The notes beneath the pieces are model-generated. The model saw only the letters and a program-made list of their open reading frames with translations. It searched no databases and was not told the origin of the DNA. From Scyliorhinus canicula (lineage: Eukaryota): 64,000 bases of DNA. The stretch lies in the NCBI RefSeq assembly GCF_902713615.1, contig NC_052151.1, forward strand, positions 103,561,304 through 103,625,303, read 5' to 3'. Below are positions 36,075 through 50,327 of this stretch, piece by piece; the first letter of the stretch is position 1; the number at the start of each line of letters is the position of its first letter. Both the position numbers and the translations under genes were made by a program.

Positions 36075-38370
36075 TACTGGTTACAACTCTGGCAAATATC
36101 CAGACATTCTTTGACACAGGGAATGTTGGGGTACGAATGAAGGTATTAAATGGCAAAGGCACAGGTCCATCAGCAAAGATCACAGCTCTATTGAAAACCA
36201 AGGCAGGGGAGATCATCATCAATTGTAATAAACAGTTGGAGAAATAGGTGGAAAACTACCTGGAGTTGCACTCAAGGGAGAATGCTGTCACTAAGTAAGC
36301 TCTTAGTATCATAAAATGCCTGTCTATCATGGCAAAGCTGGATATCAAATCCAAAATGGAGGAGTTCAACAAAGCTATTGGGTTGGATTCTCCATTGTCC
36401 GATGCCGATATAGTAATCGGCGATCGGGCGGAGAATCCCTTCCGATGCCCAAATCAGGGCGGCGCCGGTTTTAAAGTCTCTGCCCCCCCTCATCGTGTTG
36501 TGTGCCGTACGCCATTGGAACGGCTTTGGCACATCATCGGAAGGCCCTCCACCGATGCTCCGCCCCCGATGGGCCGAGTTCCCGACCGCGCAGTTTAACC
36601 CGGCGCCGCTGCTAGCTCCTCACCGGTCCCAAAGTTGGCGAGGGTTTGACACCGATTTTGGCGTCGTAAAACGCCACAGTTCCCACACCGGCACCTAGCT
36701 GCAGAATTGGAGAATCCAGCCCACTGACTTGCTTGCCATGGGCAAAGCTCCAGGCACTGATGCTATATCACTTGAACTCATCAAACATGGGAAACTGGTG
36801 CTCCTGCAGCATCTGCACAAACCTCTGTCTTTGCGGGAGGGACGGGCAGTGCCCCAGAATGTGCACGATGCAAAGATTGTGAGCTTGTACAAGAACAATT
36901 CCGGCCACAGAAATTGCAACAACTATCGAGGCATCACCTTGCTTCGCATCATGGGAAAAGCACTTGCCTGTTTTGCCCTCTGAGGATTCTAGTTGAACGC
37001 ATCGATCCCAAATCTTAATGTAGTTTCAGAACTGGAGGATCTATGATTGACATACTCTTCTCAGTCCAGCAGTCACAAAAGAAATACCGTAAATAAATGA
37101 GTCCACGATATGCCGATTGTATTGATTGATCCAAAGCATCAGCCATATGCGCGCAGGTAGTATATTTAACCAACTAGGGAAGATTGGCTGCCTTCTGAAG
37201 GTGCTCAATGTGATCTCCTCCTTCCATGACAACATGATAAGTAAGGTCAGCTGTGCAAGGGCAACATCAGAACCCTCTGAGATTCGCAATGTGGTCAAAT
37301 CGGTTTGTGTTCTGGCACTGACTCATGAGCATATTTTTCTCTCTGCTGCTGTCATATGCCATCAAATGATCAACAGAGGGTGTTTGCTTTCATAACAAAA
37401 TGAATGGAAAGCTGTTGAGTCTAGTTCTTGAGATCCAAGACAAAGGATCCTCATCAGAGAGTTGCTCTACACTGACGATGCTGCAATAACAGTCCATAAC
37501 GAGGAACACCTTCAGTGGCAAAGACCAAGACTCTCTCATACCTGCAAATAGTTTGGTTTGACCATCAACATCAAGTCCAGGATGATGCCATTCTGCCACT
37601 GGCATTGACAATGCGACTCTGGAAGTTGTGGTCAGTTTCACATATCTAGGCTCCACAATCACCAACAATCTGTCACTTGTGCTCAAAGCAACACACATAA
37701 AAGCTGCAACTGTTATGTCCAAACTGTGTGTGAGAGTGTGGGACAACAGCAAACTGACTGAGAACACTAAACTGTGAAACAAGTAAGCCTGCATTCTCAG
37801 CACACACCTGTACAGAAGTGAGACCTGGACAACATATGCAAGGCAGGAGAAAAGGCTGAATAGTTTCCACCTTTATTGTCTCAGACATATTGGCTTCTCG
37901 TGACAGAACAAAGTCACTAACTCACAGGTCCTGAACATGCTAATTCCATCAGCGTGCAATCATTCCTAAGCCAATGATGCCTGGTGCACCTTAAAAGCAT
38001 TCTGAACACAACCTCCTGGGCACTCATAGCTCTTGCTACAAAGACACCAGCAAGTGAGATATGAAGATGGCAGATCCTGACAGTGCCAACTGGGAGGCAA
38101 TCACTGATGTCCTAACTTTTAAAGGTGGCTGTTAGTTTATTGTAAGAGATGGGCAGCAACAAAAAGCTCAGCTGCCAGAGAAGAAGGTCCACTGAAAACA
38201 GAGGCCAGCAAATTGTGCATCCTCTCAGCCCACTGTCTTCATTTTCAGCAAATGCAGTAAAGACTGCTGTGCCAAAGTGGGGCACCCAAGCCACTCCAGG
38301 CAATGCCAGGCAACAAGGTTGACCATGACGATGCAAACAATCGTCTTTCAAAACGGAAGGCTGCCACAAA
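36075..38370 (+). mobile_element. Degraded RTE-clade LINE
   Basis: GKAPGTDAISLELIK, DAKIVSLYKN..CNNYRGITLL, LLYTDDAA, FTYLGSTIT, C-terminal CSKCSKDC..H motif. Confidence 0.82.
36380..36722. mobile_element. PIF/Harbinger-like MITE (343 bp) in the RTE
   Basis: TIR gggttggattctcca/tggagaatccagccc; 3-bp TSD att/act; removal restores KAIDLLAMGKAPG; CpG-rich. Confidence 0.82.
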
Positions 38371-39151
38371 GATTTCTGAGCACAATTAATTAGTGGAACT
38401 GAGTGTATCTGTAGTTTGTTTCTTCAGTGGTTCATCTTCTAAAACTGTTTATTTTGAGGACAATGTAATATTACCATTACTCAGATAATTGTTGGCTCTC
38501 TTTTACTTTTTTATTTTAAATACTAGGCTTTTAAAAGACCATCTAGCTGAGATTTGGTCACTCAATTACTCATTTATCAATGAAAATCTCCACCTCATTA
38601 ACCTGAAAATTGTCTGCATTACTTATGTCCATTTAAGTCCACCTTGTAAAATGAAGCATTGCACTGAAGCCAATCTAACAAGTGAAGAGCTATCTATCAC
38701 ATCTAGTATAGAGCTTGTTGTCTTAAAAATGTAATTCTGTAAAGGCAACACTTTTTGGAAGCCCAAGAGGATAACCAGCCATGATATGCATATGGACATT
38801 GAACAATTACAGCTATAACAGAGCAACTATAAAGACTAATTTTAGTTAAGTTTTCCATTACCGTATCAAGGTCAAGTGTAAACAACATACATTTTGGACT
38901 ACAACTAAAGTAAAATAAATGTAACTTCAATTTTTTAACTAAGGTATCACTTAATGAACATATTGAAATGATTTGTAGGCTTCCTGTTTTTAAATAAATC
39001 CTCAAATTGAATAAAATAAGATTTAGTTTGTGTATTTCTCAGCAACCTACTGGATTCAGGACAGGACCATTTGTGTCAAAACTTATAATTTGTACTCAAC
39101 AAACCCATTACCTTTAAAATAACAACAGACTTGCCTCTATTGTCTACTTAC

Positions 39152-39181
39152 AGGTAATAAGAATAAGAATAGTAGCTCCTC
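39152..39181 (-). CDS. PTPRK: PTPRK 30-nt cassette microexon encoding RRSYYSYSYYL (phase 2 to 2)
   Basis: tttgcttgccag|GAGGAGCTACTATTCTTATTCTTATTACCT|gtaagt; in frame between the flanking exons (KK-RRSYYSYSYYL-KLAKKRK); matches the juxtamembrane insert recalled for R2B-family PTP isoforms. Confidence 0.92.
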
Positions 39182-39313
39182 CTGGCAAGCAAATCAGACA
39201 GTGAAGAAAAAATTATTGGTGAATAAAAGTGTGGAATCAGTTACAATCAACAAAGCAAATGCTAGCTGTATCTGATACTGATCATCTTTTGTTAGCATTT
39301 TACTGCAAACAAT

Positions 39314-39465
39314 CATGCAAAAATCTTATATTCCATGCAATTAAGTGGTTGCAAATAAAATAAAAATAATGGCCACAGAATGAAAGTGGACAATTACATC
39401 CCAGATATCAGTCATTAAACAACATAAGTGAATAATTAAAATTGATTGCACTTTTCTTACATGCA
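39314..39465 (-). promoter_or_regulatory. Three RBFOX motifs upstream of the 30-nt microexon
   Basis: catgca on + at 39314-39319, 39334-39339 and 39460-39465. Confidence 0.45.
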
Positions 39466-40139
39466 CGATACAACATAGCAGAATTGCTCATTTGTCTTTA
39501 TTGGGAACTCATCTCGCAACAAGAAAAAAAACTTGAAATAATATAAGTAAATACAAAGAGTGAAATTATGCACTTGGGCAGAATAATTAATTAATATGTT
39601 TTGTGCAGAAATATTAGTTCAATGAAAGTGAACATTCCAGGTAAAAAATAACAAAGTCACTTTAACCACCATCAATTACAGCAATGTCATGTAGATGATC
39701 ATGCCAGACAAGAGGTCAACATTGATGATCAGTTGATTAGCTTGAAATCACTCACTGGCTAAAACGTTTTTTTAATGATTTTGACTCAACTGACATTTTC
39801 CAAATGAACAACTATTTTCCCCCTCTTAATTAACCTTGCAATAGGATTGATGCACTTAAATACCATTTCAATTTCAACCAAGCCAAAAAAAGTACCTATT
39901 TATTCTGTAAGTTTTACCAATATATAAAAATTCTTTAATAACTCGCTCTCACTGACAACAAGATCCTTCGCTGTTCATTCCTGCCAATGTACTTTTGTCC
40001 AACACTAATCAACTAACTCAGAACATTGATTAAAGTTTTCAGTTGGTCTTTAAATACTTTGAACATATCAATATAGTCCCTAGTTGCTTTGGGAGAGTTA
40101 AATACCATCAGCAGGATTTGAAAGCAAATGAACAAAGAA

Positions 40140-40840
40140 AATGGCATAAATCGATTCAAGAATTAACAACATGTATTGGATTGATACATATGATGAGAAG
40201 CCAGCGCAGTTATCATAGATCTTTAAATAGCTGGCCATTCTTCTCAAACTGAATATCTGGAGGAAACAGTAAATGCACAAACAGAATGAGGTAGATATAT
40301 ATTGCTTGTATGTATTTTCAAAGGAAGTTTGATAAGGTGCCATTTAAGAGACTTGTTTAATATGACATTAAAGAGGGCATAGTCACACAGCAAGAGAGAT
40401 GTCTCGCAGGCAGGAAGCAGATAAATAGGTAAATGCCTTTGGGCTCAAAAATGGGTCAAAAAATGAACATTTTTAACTGGAATAGAAGTCAAGAGATGAC
40501 TCCAATGTTTGAATATTTTGAGTGGAGAATTAGTAATTGATTGTTTCCACAAATTCTTAGTTTAGTAACAAGGAGCTGAAACTGAAGATTGCACCAGCAG
40601 ATGAGAGGGGTGGAGACAGGGGAAAAGAGAGTTAAAAACCTTATTTCCCCCGAAGACGGTGCAATGTGGAAAGTTCATCTGGCAAATGCACGAGTAGAGA
40701 GTCATTTGCACAGGACTTTGTGAATGGCCTGGAAAGGCCAAATACAAGAGGAACAGTAAAAATGTGATTTGAATAGTAAGCCGAAAAGCAAAATTACTGA
40801 GCCAAAGTGGTCGAAATAGCTTCCTTCTGTGGTTTAAATT
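40140..40840 (+). mobile_element. Very old CR1 fragments
   Basis: ttttcaaaggaagtttgataaggtgc (DFxKAFDKV-like) and a CR1-like 3' end. Confidence 0.5.
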
Positions 40841-41379
40841 GGGTGATTCTACAATTTAAGACTATAAAATTACATGATTTTCAACCTAAATCTTTTAGTT
40901 TAATATTCACTTGATTAATATTGGTAAAATGGATATATTAATAGATAAATGGATATAAAGCATGAATCAATAAAGTGGACAATTAAAACATAAGTTGAAT
41001 GTACTTCAATGATAAAGCTCAGATGCCAAAAAATACTTTGCAGCATTGTAATTACGCCATTGCCATTATATGACTATGTTTCGCAATGTGACAATTTTAT
41101 TGTATGATATCAAAATAAGCAGGATATCAGGAAATTATCACATTTTATGGGCTTTACTTTGCAGTCAGCAGTGAAGCAAATGCACTCTTCCTTGCTTTCA
41201 GATCTCTGCAGCGCAGATTTCCCCTTTCCTGATGGCAGTTTAAATTTTGTGTTGAATCAAGGGGCCAGACTTGCAATAGCAATGTCACCAAGCAGCCAAT
41301 TACACGGAAATATTCTCAGTGTAAGCAATGAAAGTTTCAAGTAATTCTTCTTTTATTTCTAATTGAAGTTTTCAGGTTT

Positions 41380-42497
41380 CAAGAAGAAATGATAGGAAAT
41401 GAAAGGTAGTTTTAAGAGATTTGTGTTGGTTAACATTAGAAAAAGTGCAGTTTTATTTGGGTTTAATTTAATGTTTCTGTGCCTGGAAGAGTAAAACCTA
41501 AAGTTAGATTCATGCTGGACAAAAGGTGTTTGTGCAGACAAAAGGTGGGGATTGGTTGCGTTTCAATGTGTTTCTATTGTGCTTAGAGGGGGCTATGATG
41601 TGCAGAACAAATAAACCAGCAGTGGTTCCTTAGCAACTGGGGCCTTGTAAGGTAGAGACACTTTTGTGATTTAGTTTAGCTAATTTGATAGCTATTGGAG
41701 ATAGGTAGTGAGAGAGAAGGCAGTTCTCACAGCTGTTAGAAGCAGTACTTTTAGAAGCCTAAAGAGGGAACATCTCTCTCAGCCTTGTTAGAAGAAAGGC
41801 CATACTATGGAGTAATGGTTAAAAAAACAGCTACTGGAAATCTGAAGTCCAGCTAGATAAGGAAACTGGACAAATGAAGAGAAGTCTGGAGTTCAATGAA
41901 AATAGGCCAAGGGTTCAGAAGAATTCAAGGAAGAGTAAACAGTGTTCTGAGACAATTACAGTAACCATATTTAAAGTGAGACAGCAGCCTTCAAAGGTAA
42001 ATCAAACACCTGATGCCCTTTTAATGATTTTGGAATTGAGAGTTAAAGCATTTGCAAGCGGCTTGCACAGTAGTCAAGACAAAGAAATTGTAAAAGAGGG
42101 TGGTGTAAAATCCTGGGAGAGGAATTTGGAAACATTTGTGACAATCATCTGGGGGGGCTGTGAGGAGAAAACTACAGACACTAACTTGGGTTCAGAGCAG
42201 AGTGTATGTATTTTTGACCACAGCCAATGTACTGATGGAACTATTGTAGATTAAGATGTACTTTCCAATTCATGTTAACCTAAAACTGTGTGTAATTATT
42301 AAGGTAAGAGGGTCGTAAAGACGTATTGTTTCATAATCCTATTTTTTCATGTTTAATAACTTGTTAAAACTATTTAGCGCTCCTGTGACTCTGTTCCTCC
42401 AAGTTTTATAAATAAAAATAAAAGTTATGATTTTTCAAGCTCGGATTCCATTCCGGGATCTTTCTGTCCAGTTATAACAACAACTGGGATCATAACA
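41380..42497 (+). mobile_element. Probable solo LTR (5' boundary uncertain)
   Basis: Ends gggatcataaca like the other solo LTRs; aataaa cluster ~42411; no clean TSD found. Confidence 0.45.
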
Positions 42498-43224
42498 GGA
42501 TTAAGATTGAAGCTGAAATTTCAATATAAACAAATTTCAATTTCAAAATGTTACCGTATACGTAGAAATTTGACATTCAATAGCAATAAAATTAGATTTT
42601 CAGGAGCAGTGAGTGTGTTAGTAATAATTATGAAACCAATACACAATTACAAACCTAATTACACCTCATTCAATGTGTCAATTTTGCATCGGTTTTAATA
42701 GCAAAACATAACGCACAGAAGCGGAAGCTTCTGTCAATTCATGGATTTCCCGAGACTGTGTTCTCAGAGAACCTTAATGGTGGATCAGGTGAAGGAGTGT
42801 TAAATCACCCTCAGCAACATCTGGGTTGCTATGCTATCATGCACATGTGCAGACACTGGAACTTTGTCAGTTTCAATGGGATAAAATGTTGACAGTCTTA
42901 ACATCATTAGCAATGCAAGATTTGTGCCAATATGCAAGAAAATATAGGAAGGAAATTACATAAGAACATAAAAACAAAGGGATTTTGCAAAGGTTGTGCA
43001 AGGGGCTTGAGAGTTGAATGATTTTAAGATGGACAAATTCAAGGCAATATGATCAAGTGAGGCAAATTAACAATGAACATATAGTAAATACGGGACATGA
43101 ATGAATTGGTGAATAGCTCACTGATGCCAATAGTCAACTGTAATGAGGTAACTGGATTTCAGCAAGTACAGCTTGTGTGGAGAAAACATCACAGGTGGTG
43201 ATGAGCATGTATTTTAAATGTATT

Positions 43225-43548
43225 AATGGGATATGGGCATCGCTGGCAAGGCCAAAGGTTAATGCCCAACCCTAATTGCAATTAACTGAGTGGCCTGCTA
43301 GGCAATTTTAGAAGCAGTTAAAAGTCAAGCACATTCACTTGGTCTTGAGTCACAAAGGCCAGGCCTGCCGAGAGGTTACAAATTTCTTCCCCTGAAAGAC
43401 ATTAGTTTAAATAGGTTTCCATGACTATTGGGTATTTTTCATGATAGTTTCTTTACTCCACATGTATTTACTTAACTCGTATTTTTGGACCCTTAGTCCG
43501 GGTTTCTGTACTACTAGTCCAGTAATATAACCGTTATATTACCGCTCC
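43225..43548 (-). mobile_element. Old copy of the SINE family at 44150-44490
   Basis: Diverged reverse complement of its head, core and tail. Confidence 0.6.
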
Positions 43549-44149
43549 TTTACAAATACACCTTTTTTTATTCTTTCACGAGTTGCCCAGACATAATTTC
43601 CCTTGAGAAGATGCTGGTGAGCTGCCTCCTTCAACCCCTGCAGTCCATGTGCTGTAAATACATCCACAGTACCTGGTGTACAGTCTTATTCACTGCATTA
43701 TAAAACATCCAGGCATTTCAGAAAAAGACAACAAAACTGACACCAGGCATAGGCTAAGTTAAAGGAAGACGTTGAATGTTTTACTCTGGTTCCCAGAAAG
43801 GGTAAGGGAGATAGATTAAATTGAATCCCCATAATATTTTCAAGGTTGGCTGAGGCTTGTGGAACCACATGATGCTGATGGTGTATTTGAGGTTGTGACA
43901 TACACTAGAATTTGACCTCAAGCATAGGAGAGGGCAAGCACACTATTTAGATTTAACTACTTAATGCAGCAGATAGGGCATGCCACTGAGGGAATCAATG
44001 AATGTAGATTCAATTAACTATTGGCTAGATATTTGAAGGACTGCATGGGGCATTTGAATTATTTGAGTGGCATTCGTTTTTAGAACTGGCCAGGTGCAAT
44101 CAAGTCTTTTAAGGCCCTGTATTTCCATACATTCCAATTTACCAGGGCA

Positions 44150-44490
44150 AGGGAGGGAATGGCATAATGGTATTGCCACTAGTCTAGTAATCCAGAGATC
44201 CAGGGTAATGGGCTGGGGATCAGGGTTCGAATACCACCAGGGCAGTTGGTGAGATTGGAATTCAATAAAAATCTGGAATTAAAAGTCTCATGATAGCCAT
44301 GAAAACCATTGTCTATTGTCGTAAAAACCCATCCTGTAAATTAATGTCCTTTAGGGAAGGAAATCTACCATCCTTACCTTGGGTGGCTTATATGTGACGC
44401 TAAACCCACACCACAGCAGTGCGGTTGACTCTTAAATGCCTTCAGGGATGGAAAACAAATGCTGGCCCAGCCACATCCCATGTTTGAATA
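44150..44490 (+). mobile_element. tRNA-derived SINE of a separate family (possibly MetaSINE-type core) with LINE-derived tail
   Basis: A box tggcataatgg, B box ggttcgaatac; core taatgtcctttagggaaggaaa; tail agggatgg..aaatgctggcc. Confidence 0.7.
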
Positions 44491-45499
44491 AAGAAAACAA
44501 AATAGTTGCAGAAAATGCATAGCAAAATCCTTTGGACGATTAAACGACGAAGGATACTTATTTATTGAAACATATGAAAACAGAGGGCAAGAAAAGACTA
44601 GCTGGCCTAAAAAGTTCATGCCAGACTGTTGATGGCTGAAGCCTAAAAAGAGATTCCTATCCTCCAGCAGCCATGTAACCTGGGAGAGGAAAACAGCCAA
44701 GTAAATGAGGTACAACAAAAGAAAGTGAAATATCTGCAACACACCCTCCTAAATCATGGAAAAACATAGGTTTAATGTAGTTTGATGAAACTCAAAGGTT
44801 GACCCAAATTTTGACCAGTATCCTTTGAGAGGTCAAGACACATCTTAAAAAGTAAAACAGAATGCTCCAAATTGTCTCTTTACAGAAAGGGAAAGATTTA
44901 GACAAGTGAATTTATGCGACTGTAGCTGCTAAAGAAAACAAAGGTGCCATGGTTTCCCAGGCGTTTTATCGAACCTGGGCCTGTTAAGGTAGAGCTTGGA
45001 AACTACCTTCGATTTATGTGATTAGCAACTGAGTTACAGGTCCGGTGTTAAAACTATAGTTTCAAAGAACTCAACGTCCTTTTGGATATGATGTATTAAT
45101 GAGAATCTTTTCATGACAATCAGGTCTTATAAGATAGAGATCCACCCCTGGAATAAGCAGGTATAAAAATGTTCTATAACTTGGGTGGATCATATGAATA
45201 ATGTAACATTAGGCTGCAGGAAGGAAGAGATGACTTGGCCAGCTTTCTCACTATCCTACTATCGACAAGGATTGATAATCTGTTGGTAGTTGTACGTATG
45301 GTTATCTTTTGTAACATAATGGGACTACTGCTCACATTGCAGTATTTTTGTAACTAATCTTAGATTGTGGTGGCTTTGAATTTGTTTCGAAGATACAACA
45401 AAATCTTATATTGGGGACTTGTGCATCTTGTGTAAGTGAAAGCAAAAGTACCATAAATCTGTACACTCCAAAACCAACATCTTAGAATTATGGGTGGCA

Positions 45500-45795
45500 C
45501 AGCAGCACGATGGATAGCACTGTTGCTTCACAGCACCAGGGTCCCAGGTTCGATTCCCAGCTTGGGTTACTGTCTGCGCGGAGTCTGTACGTTCTCCCTG
45601 TGTCCTGGTGGGATTTCTCCGGGTGCTCTGGTTTCTTCCCACAAGTCCCGAAAGATGTGTTGTTAGGTGAATTGGACATTCTGAATTCTCCCAGTGTACC
45701 CGAACAGGCCCCGGAATGTGGCGACTAGGGGCTTTTCACAGTAACTTCATTGGTGTGTTAATGTATGCTTACTTATGACAATAAAGATTATATTT
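45500..45795 (+). mobile_element. HE1-head SINE with a third tail type
   Basis: Shared head/body, then ttttcacagtaacttcattg...tgacaataaagattata tail; tail fragment again at ~59608-59660. Confidence 0.8.
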
Positions 45796-46061
45796 TTTTA
45801 AAAATTGTTTTAACTGGAATTAGTCAAGAGGTCCAATGGACTGTATGTATATGTTACTATCACTTTTGTGATGTATTGTGTTTTTTAAATAGAACAAAAT
45901 AAAATGAGACATTATTGACAAAGAAAAGGAAATAAATTGCAAATATAATGTTGGAAATATAGAGCAAGTTAGTCAACATCTGTAAAGAGAAATGAAAGAT
46001 TATGGCACTTAGGATTTATAACCTTGCATAAGAATAGGTATTGTTGACTTTATCTCAGGCA

Positions 46062-46420
46062 AGAGTTGTCAACTCTCCAGGACTGTGCTGGAAGCTCCAG
46101 AATTAAGATTAATCTTTAGAAAGAGGGATGGGAAAATTGAGGAGAAAACCCATAGGGCATTGAACAAAAAAACACATTTTTCTAATATCTTTGTACAATG
46201 TTATTTTTTAGCCATGAAAATATTCCAGATATAGAACAAACAGCATTTGACTGACTATCAAGAATCATCCAAGTCGGTATTGAACAGCCTGTTGGCTTTC
46301 TTGTTAGTGCCTGAAAGCTGAGATGTGTGGCAACTAATAGTGGGAACGTTTGGGGTAGCTGAAGATGAGAGGACATGCAATATAGCCTCCAGCTACAAAC
46401 ATTACCAGAGCTGGCAACCC
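46062..46420. mobile_element. Old hAT-like non-autonomous DNA transposon
   Basis: Degenerate TIR agagttgtcaactct / agagctggcaaccct. Confidence 0.5.
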
Positions 46421-46649
46421 TGCCTGGGTCCTTTACATCAATTAAAGTGTATTTCACAAGAAAAGGATTAAAAACTGGGTGTTTGAGACACCACAGCTGT
46501 GAATTGGAAAGATGCTATTTGAACAGAACAATTTGACTTCCCCTATGGAAGTCAAGCTTATTTAGATTTGTGAGGAATGGTCAGGTTGAATTTGACACAG
46601 TTAAAATAATTTCAGAAAGACCAGAGAGCCTACTTCATACCCCAAAACA

Positions 46650-49600
46650 GGTGTGAGCTTTGGATAAGTATGGAGAGGTACAGAGATATTCTGGCATAAA
46701 TTCCCTTTATTCAAGAGTAGAGTGTAAGGGAAGAGGTAGTCTTAGTGATTAATAATGAAATCACTTCAATGATAAAAGAGGACATAATGAGAGATCATAA
46801 TAAGTAAAGATTAGGTGAGTGGATACATTATAGGTAGAATTAAGAAATAAAAAAGGATTTAAGATCATCGTGGGCATTGTGTACAAGACTCCTGGTAGCA
46901 GCTGAGTAGATTCTCCAAATGCAGAAATTGCTCGAATGGGGGATTGGATTTTATTTTTCCCATATAATTTTGGATAAGTGGATTAGCATATGTGTGAAAA
47001 CTAGTGAATTTCTGTGTGTCCAGGACAGTTTTCTGCGTCAATATATCCCACAGCCAATAGGGAGCATGTCATATTAAATTTAGTAATGTGTAGTGAGCCT
47101 GATTTCGTGAACAGCCGAACAGGAATGACCATTTATTAGATAGCAATATGAAGATATTCAACATTTTTTGAAAGTAAGAAATGCAAAACAGCTACCAAGA
47201 TCGTAAATTTAGACAAGGTTGCCTTCAATGGGATGAGACAGAGATGTTCACGGTAAACTGGGCAAATCCGTTAATGGGCAAGTATGAGAATATCAATATG
47301 AGGTGTTCAAAAAAATAATTGTTATCAGAACCAGTTTATTTTCCTGAGGGGCAAGAAGAGCTCCACATTCCTTGGAGACAAAAAGAGGTCAAAGACAACA
47401 TGAACCCAAAGGAAAAATATATAAAAATGCAACAAAAAGAAAAGCACAGATCCTGACAACTTGAAAATATATAAAGACCAACAAAGAGTGGAAAAACAGA
47501 TCGCCAGAGCAACAACAAGGGAGTATGAAAAGAAACTTGTTAGGGACATCAAAAACCACACAAACAAAATCACAACCTACACCCGGATGATGTCAGGAAT
47601 GCAGGAGTTCAGTTATGAGGCGAGGCTGACAAAGTATGGACTATCCTCCTTGGAACAGAAAAGGTTATGACATGACATTGTGGAGGTTTTCAAGAGTGAT
47701 ATGTTGATAGATGATTCAATAACCAGAGGTCAAAAATTTAAAGTAATTGGCAAGAAATCTGGAGGGGAGAAGGGAAGAAATGTTTTCACTGAGCGAGATC
47801 TGCAACATTTTATCTGAATAGGCAGTGGAAGGAAATTCCATAAATAATTGTAAAAAGGTACTGGAAGGTAGGAACTTGGCATTACGGCCATAAAGCAGGA
47901 ATGAGGGACTAAGCACAAGTGAACTTTCAAAGTGGCAGTGGCAGCTTAGTGATGGTGGGCTGAATGGCTTCCTTCTGTGCACCTTTGAAAACAGAATGGT
48001 GATATTGTCATGAAGGAAAGGAAATGGTTAACAATCTGAATAATTACTTTGCATCAATGTTGACAATAGAGGAGCAAGTCAGTATGCCAGACATCCCATG
48101 AAAGCTAATTCAGAACCTGGACAGGAATTCACTAAAAATAACTTAATGAAGTAAATGCCATGAAGAAAATAAGAGCACAAAAGTGTGATAAATCCTCAGA
48201 ACCAGACAGTTTCCTTCCAAGATTTTAAAATAAGTTGGTGAGACATTACAGCTGCCCTAACTATAATTTTCAATGTCAAGATTCAAGAACCATTCCTTTA
48301 GATTGGAAAACTGTGCACATCACTCTGGGTTAAAATGGGGTGGCTGAACACCTTGAAAATTTTGAGTTGATAGAGATAGCCAGCGTGGATTTGTAAAATG
48401 TATTCAAGACTGATGAATCTGACTAAATATTTTTGGACAGGATAATGACTGTGGATGAGATTTCTGGAAGGCATTTAATAAATTCCCTCATAAGAAATGG
48501 TTAGATAATGCTGAAGGTCATGGAAATGAAGGCAAATTATTGACCTGGTTAGGATATTGGCAGAACGACAAGAGACAAAGAGTAAGCAAATAGGCAGATA
48601 TGAGAATGAGCAGGATGTGGTTAGTGTCGTTCTGCAAGATTCTGTGTTGTAGCCTCAACTATTTACTGCATTTATTAATGACTTAAATGATGGCACAGAA
48701 AGCCACATCTTTAAATTTGTTGATGACATAAAGAAAGTGGCATTTTATGAAATGTATAACTTACAAAGAGGTATTATTGATAGATAATCTGAATGGGCAA
48801 AAACTGAGACATGTGAAATATTTTCACTTTGGACCTAAAAAGGATAAAACAGGAAATTTTCAAAATGTTGAAAATCTAGAGTGTGGTGACTCAAAAAGAC
48901 TTGTGGGTCCAGGTATGTAGACCATTACAATGTCTTGAAAAGGTACAAGAAATAAAATCAAGAAGGCTAATTGAATGCTGACATTTACATCTAAAGAACT
49001 GGCAAACAAGAATTAGAAGCTATGCTTCAGCTACACAACGCCCTGGTTAGGAATTTTGTGAGACGTTCTGGGCACTATACAGTGACCAACTGTCCCCATG
49101 AATACGGGATTGTCCCTTCAATCACCTCATGTTGCTGCCATGTGGGACACCGTTTGCCCCCTATTTTGCAATGGTGAATTTTGCACATGCGCAGTACACT
49201 TCTGCATGTGTGCACCAAGATCTCAACTCAGTGGCATGCCTTCCCGGTTCCAGAGAGGCGGCAGTAACTGGTACATGCCTCCAGTGCGCTTATGGCTCTG
49301 GCAGAGCCACCGCCTGCTCTTACAACTGACAACATGCGCTCCACTCCACTTTCCCCAACCCCCCCCCCCAAATGGATGTTACTGGTTCAGGTTGATGACA
49401 AAGTGTTCCTTAAATTGCTCAGATGGGATTGGTCACCCTGTTACTACATCTTAAGAAGGACATGTTAGCCGTTAGCTGAGTTCTGTGTAGATTTGCCAGA
49501 ATAATACCTGGACTCCAAGGATTAATGTAGAGATTAAACAAACTGAAGCTTGCATTCCAAGTTTCCGTTTTTTGGCTGTCAGTAGTCTGGTCATTTAAAA

Positions 49601-50018
49601 TGTGCGAGCCATTTAAACTTCTTTGGTGAGACAGAGAAAGGAGCCAAACTGTGCTTGGCCTGTGCAGGAAGATATTAATTTTAACACAAAGCAGGCAGAG
49701 ATAAACTATTTCAGCTCTTTGGCAATTTTAGGACAAGGGGTGTAGTCTGGATATTAGAGCCAAACCTGTCAGGAGTGAAGTTAGGAAACAATTCTCCACT
49801 CAAAAGGTGGCAGTCATTTTGAATTCTCTTCCATAAATTGCAATTGATACTGGATCAATTCTTAATTTAAAGTCTGAGATTGGTATATTTTTGTCAAGCA
49901 AAGATATGAGGGTATATGGAAGTCCAGTTATATGGAATTAGGTTTCAGGTCAGCCCTGATCTCACTGAATAGCAGAACAGGCCTAAGCAGCTAAATGACC
50001 TACTCCTGTTCCTATGTT
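46650..50018 (+). mobile_element. Very degraded CR1 LINE(s)
   Basis: Remnants of EN, DFxKAFNN, FTAFINDL, KFVDDIK; CR1 tail gacctactcctgttcctatgttc. Confidence 0.7.
49080..49440. mobile_element. hAT (Blackjack-like) MITE in CR1
   Basis: cagtgaccaa...ttggtcaccctg termini; degenerate 8-bp flanks gcactata/ttactaca. Confidence 0.55.
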
Positions 50019-50327
50019 CGGACATGGCTTCTTAGCCAATCGCACATTGAAATTACCTGATTTCAGGCCTCACACATAAGATCTGCATTAGTTCTGAAGT
50101 TGCAGAACAGGACTGTAGATTTTCAGCCCTTACATATTGCATGGCCCTGCTCCTCTCTGGAATCTGGCTGCCCTTTGTTCCAAACCCTATTTCACACCCC
50201 ACTCAAGCTACATTTTGCTTCTCACCTGAATTCATGCTTGTAATCCTCTGACTGTATTTTTAGTTAGGATACAGGTCTATAAAGACATCTCTCTCCCCTC
50301 CCTGGCATAGGGCAATAGCTTCGGACT

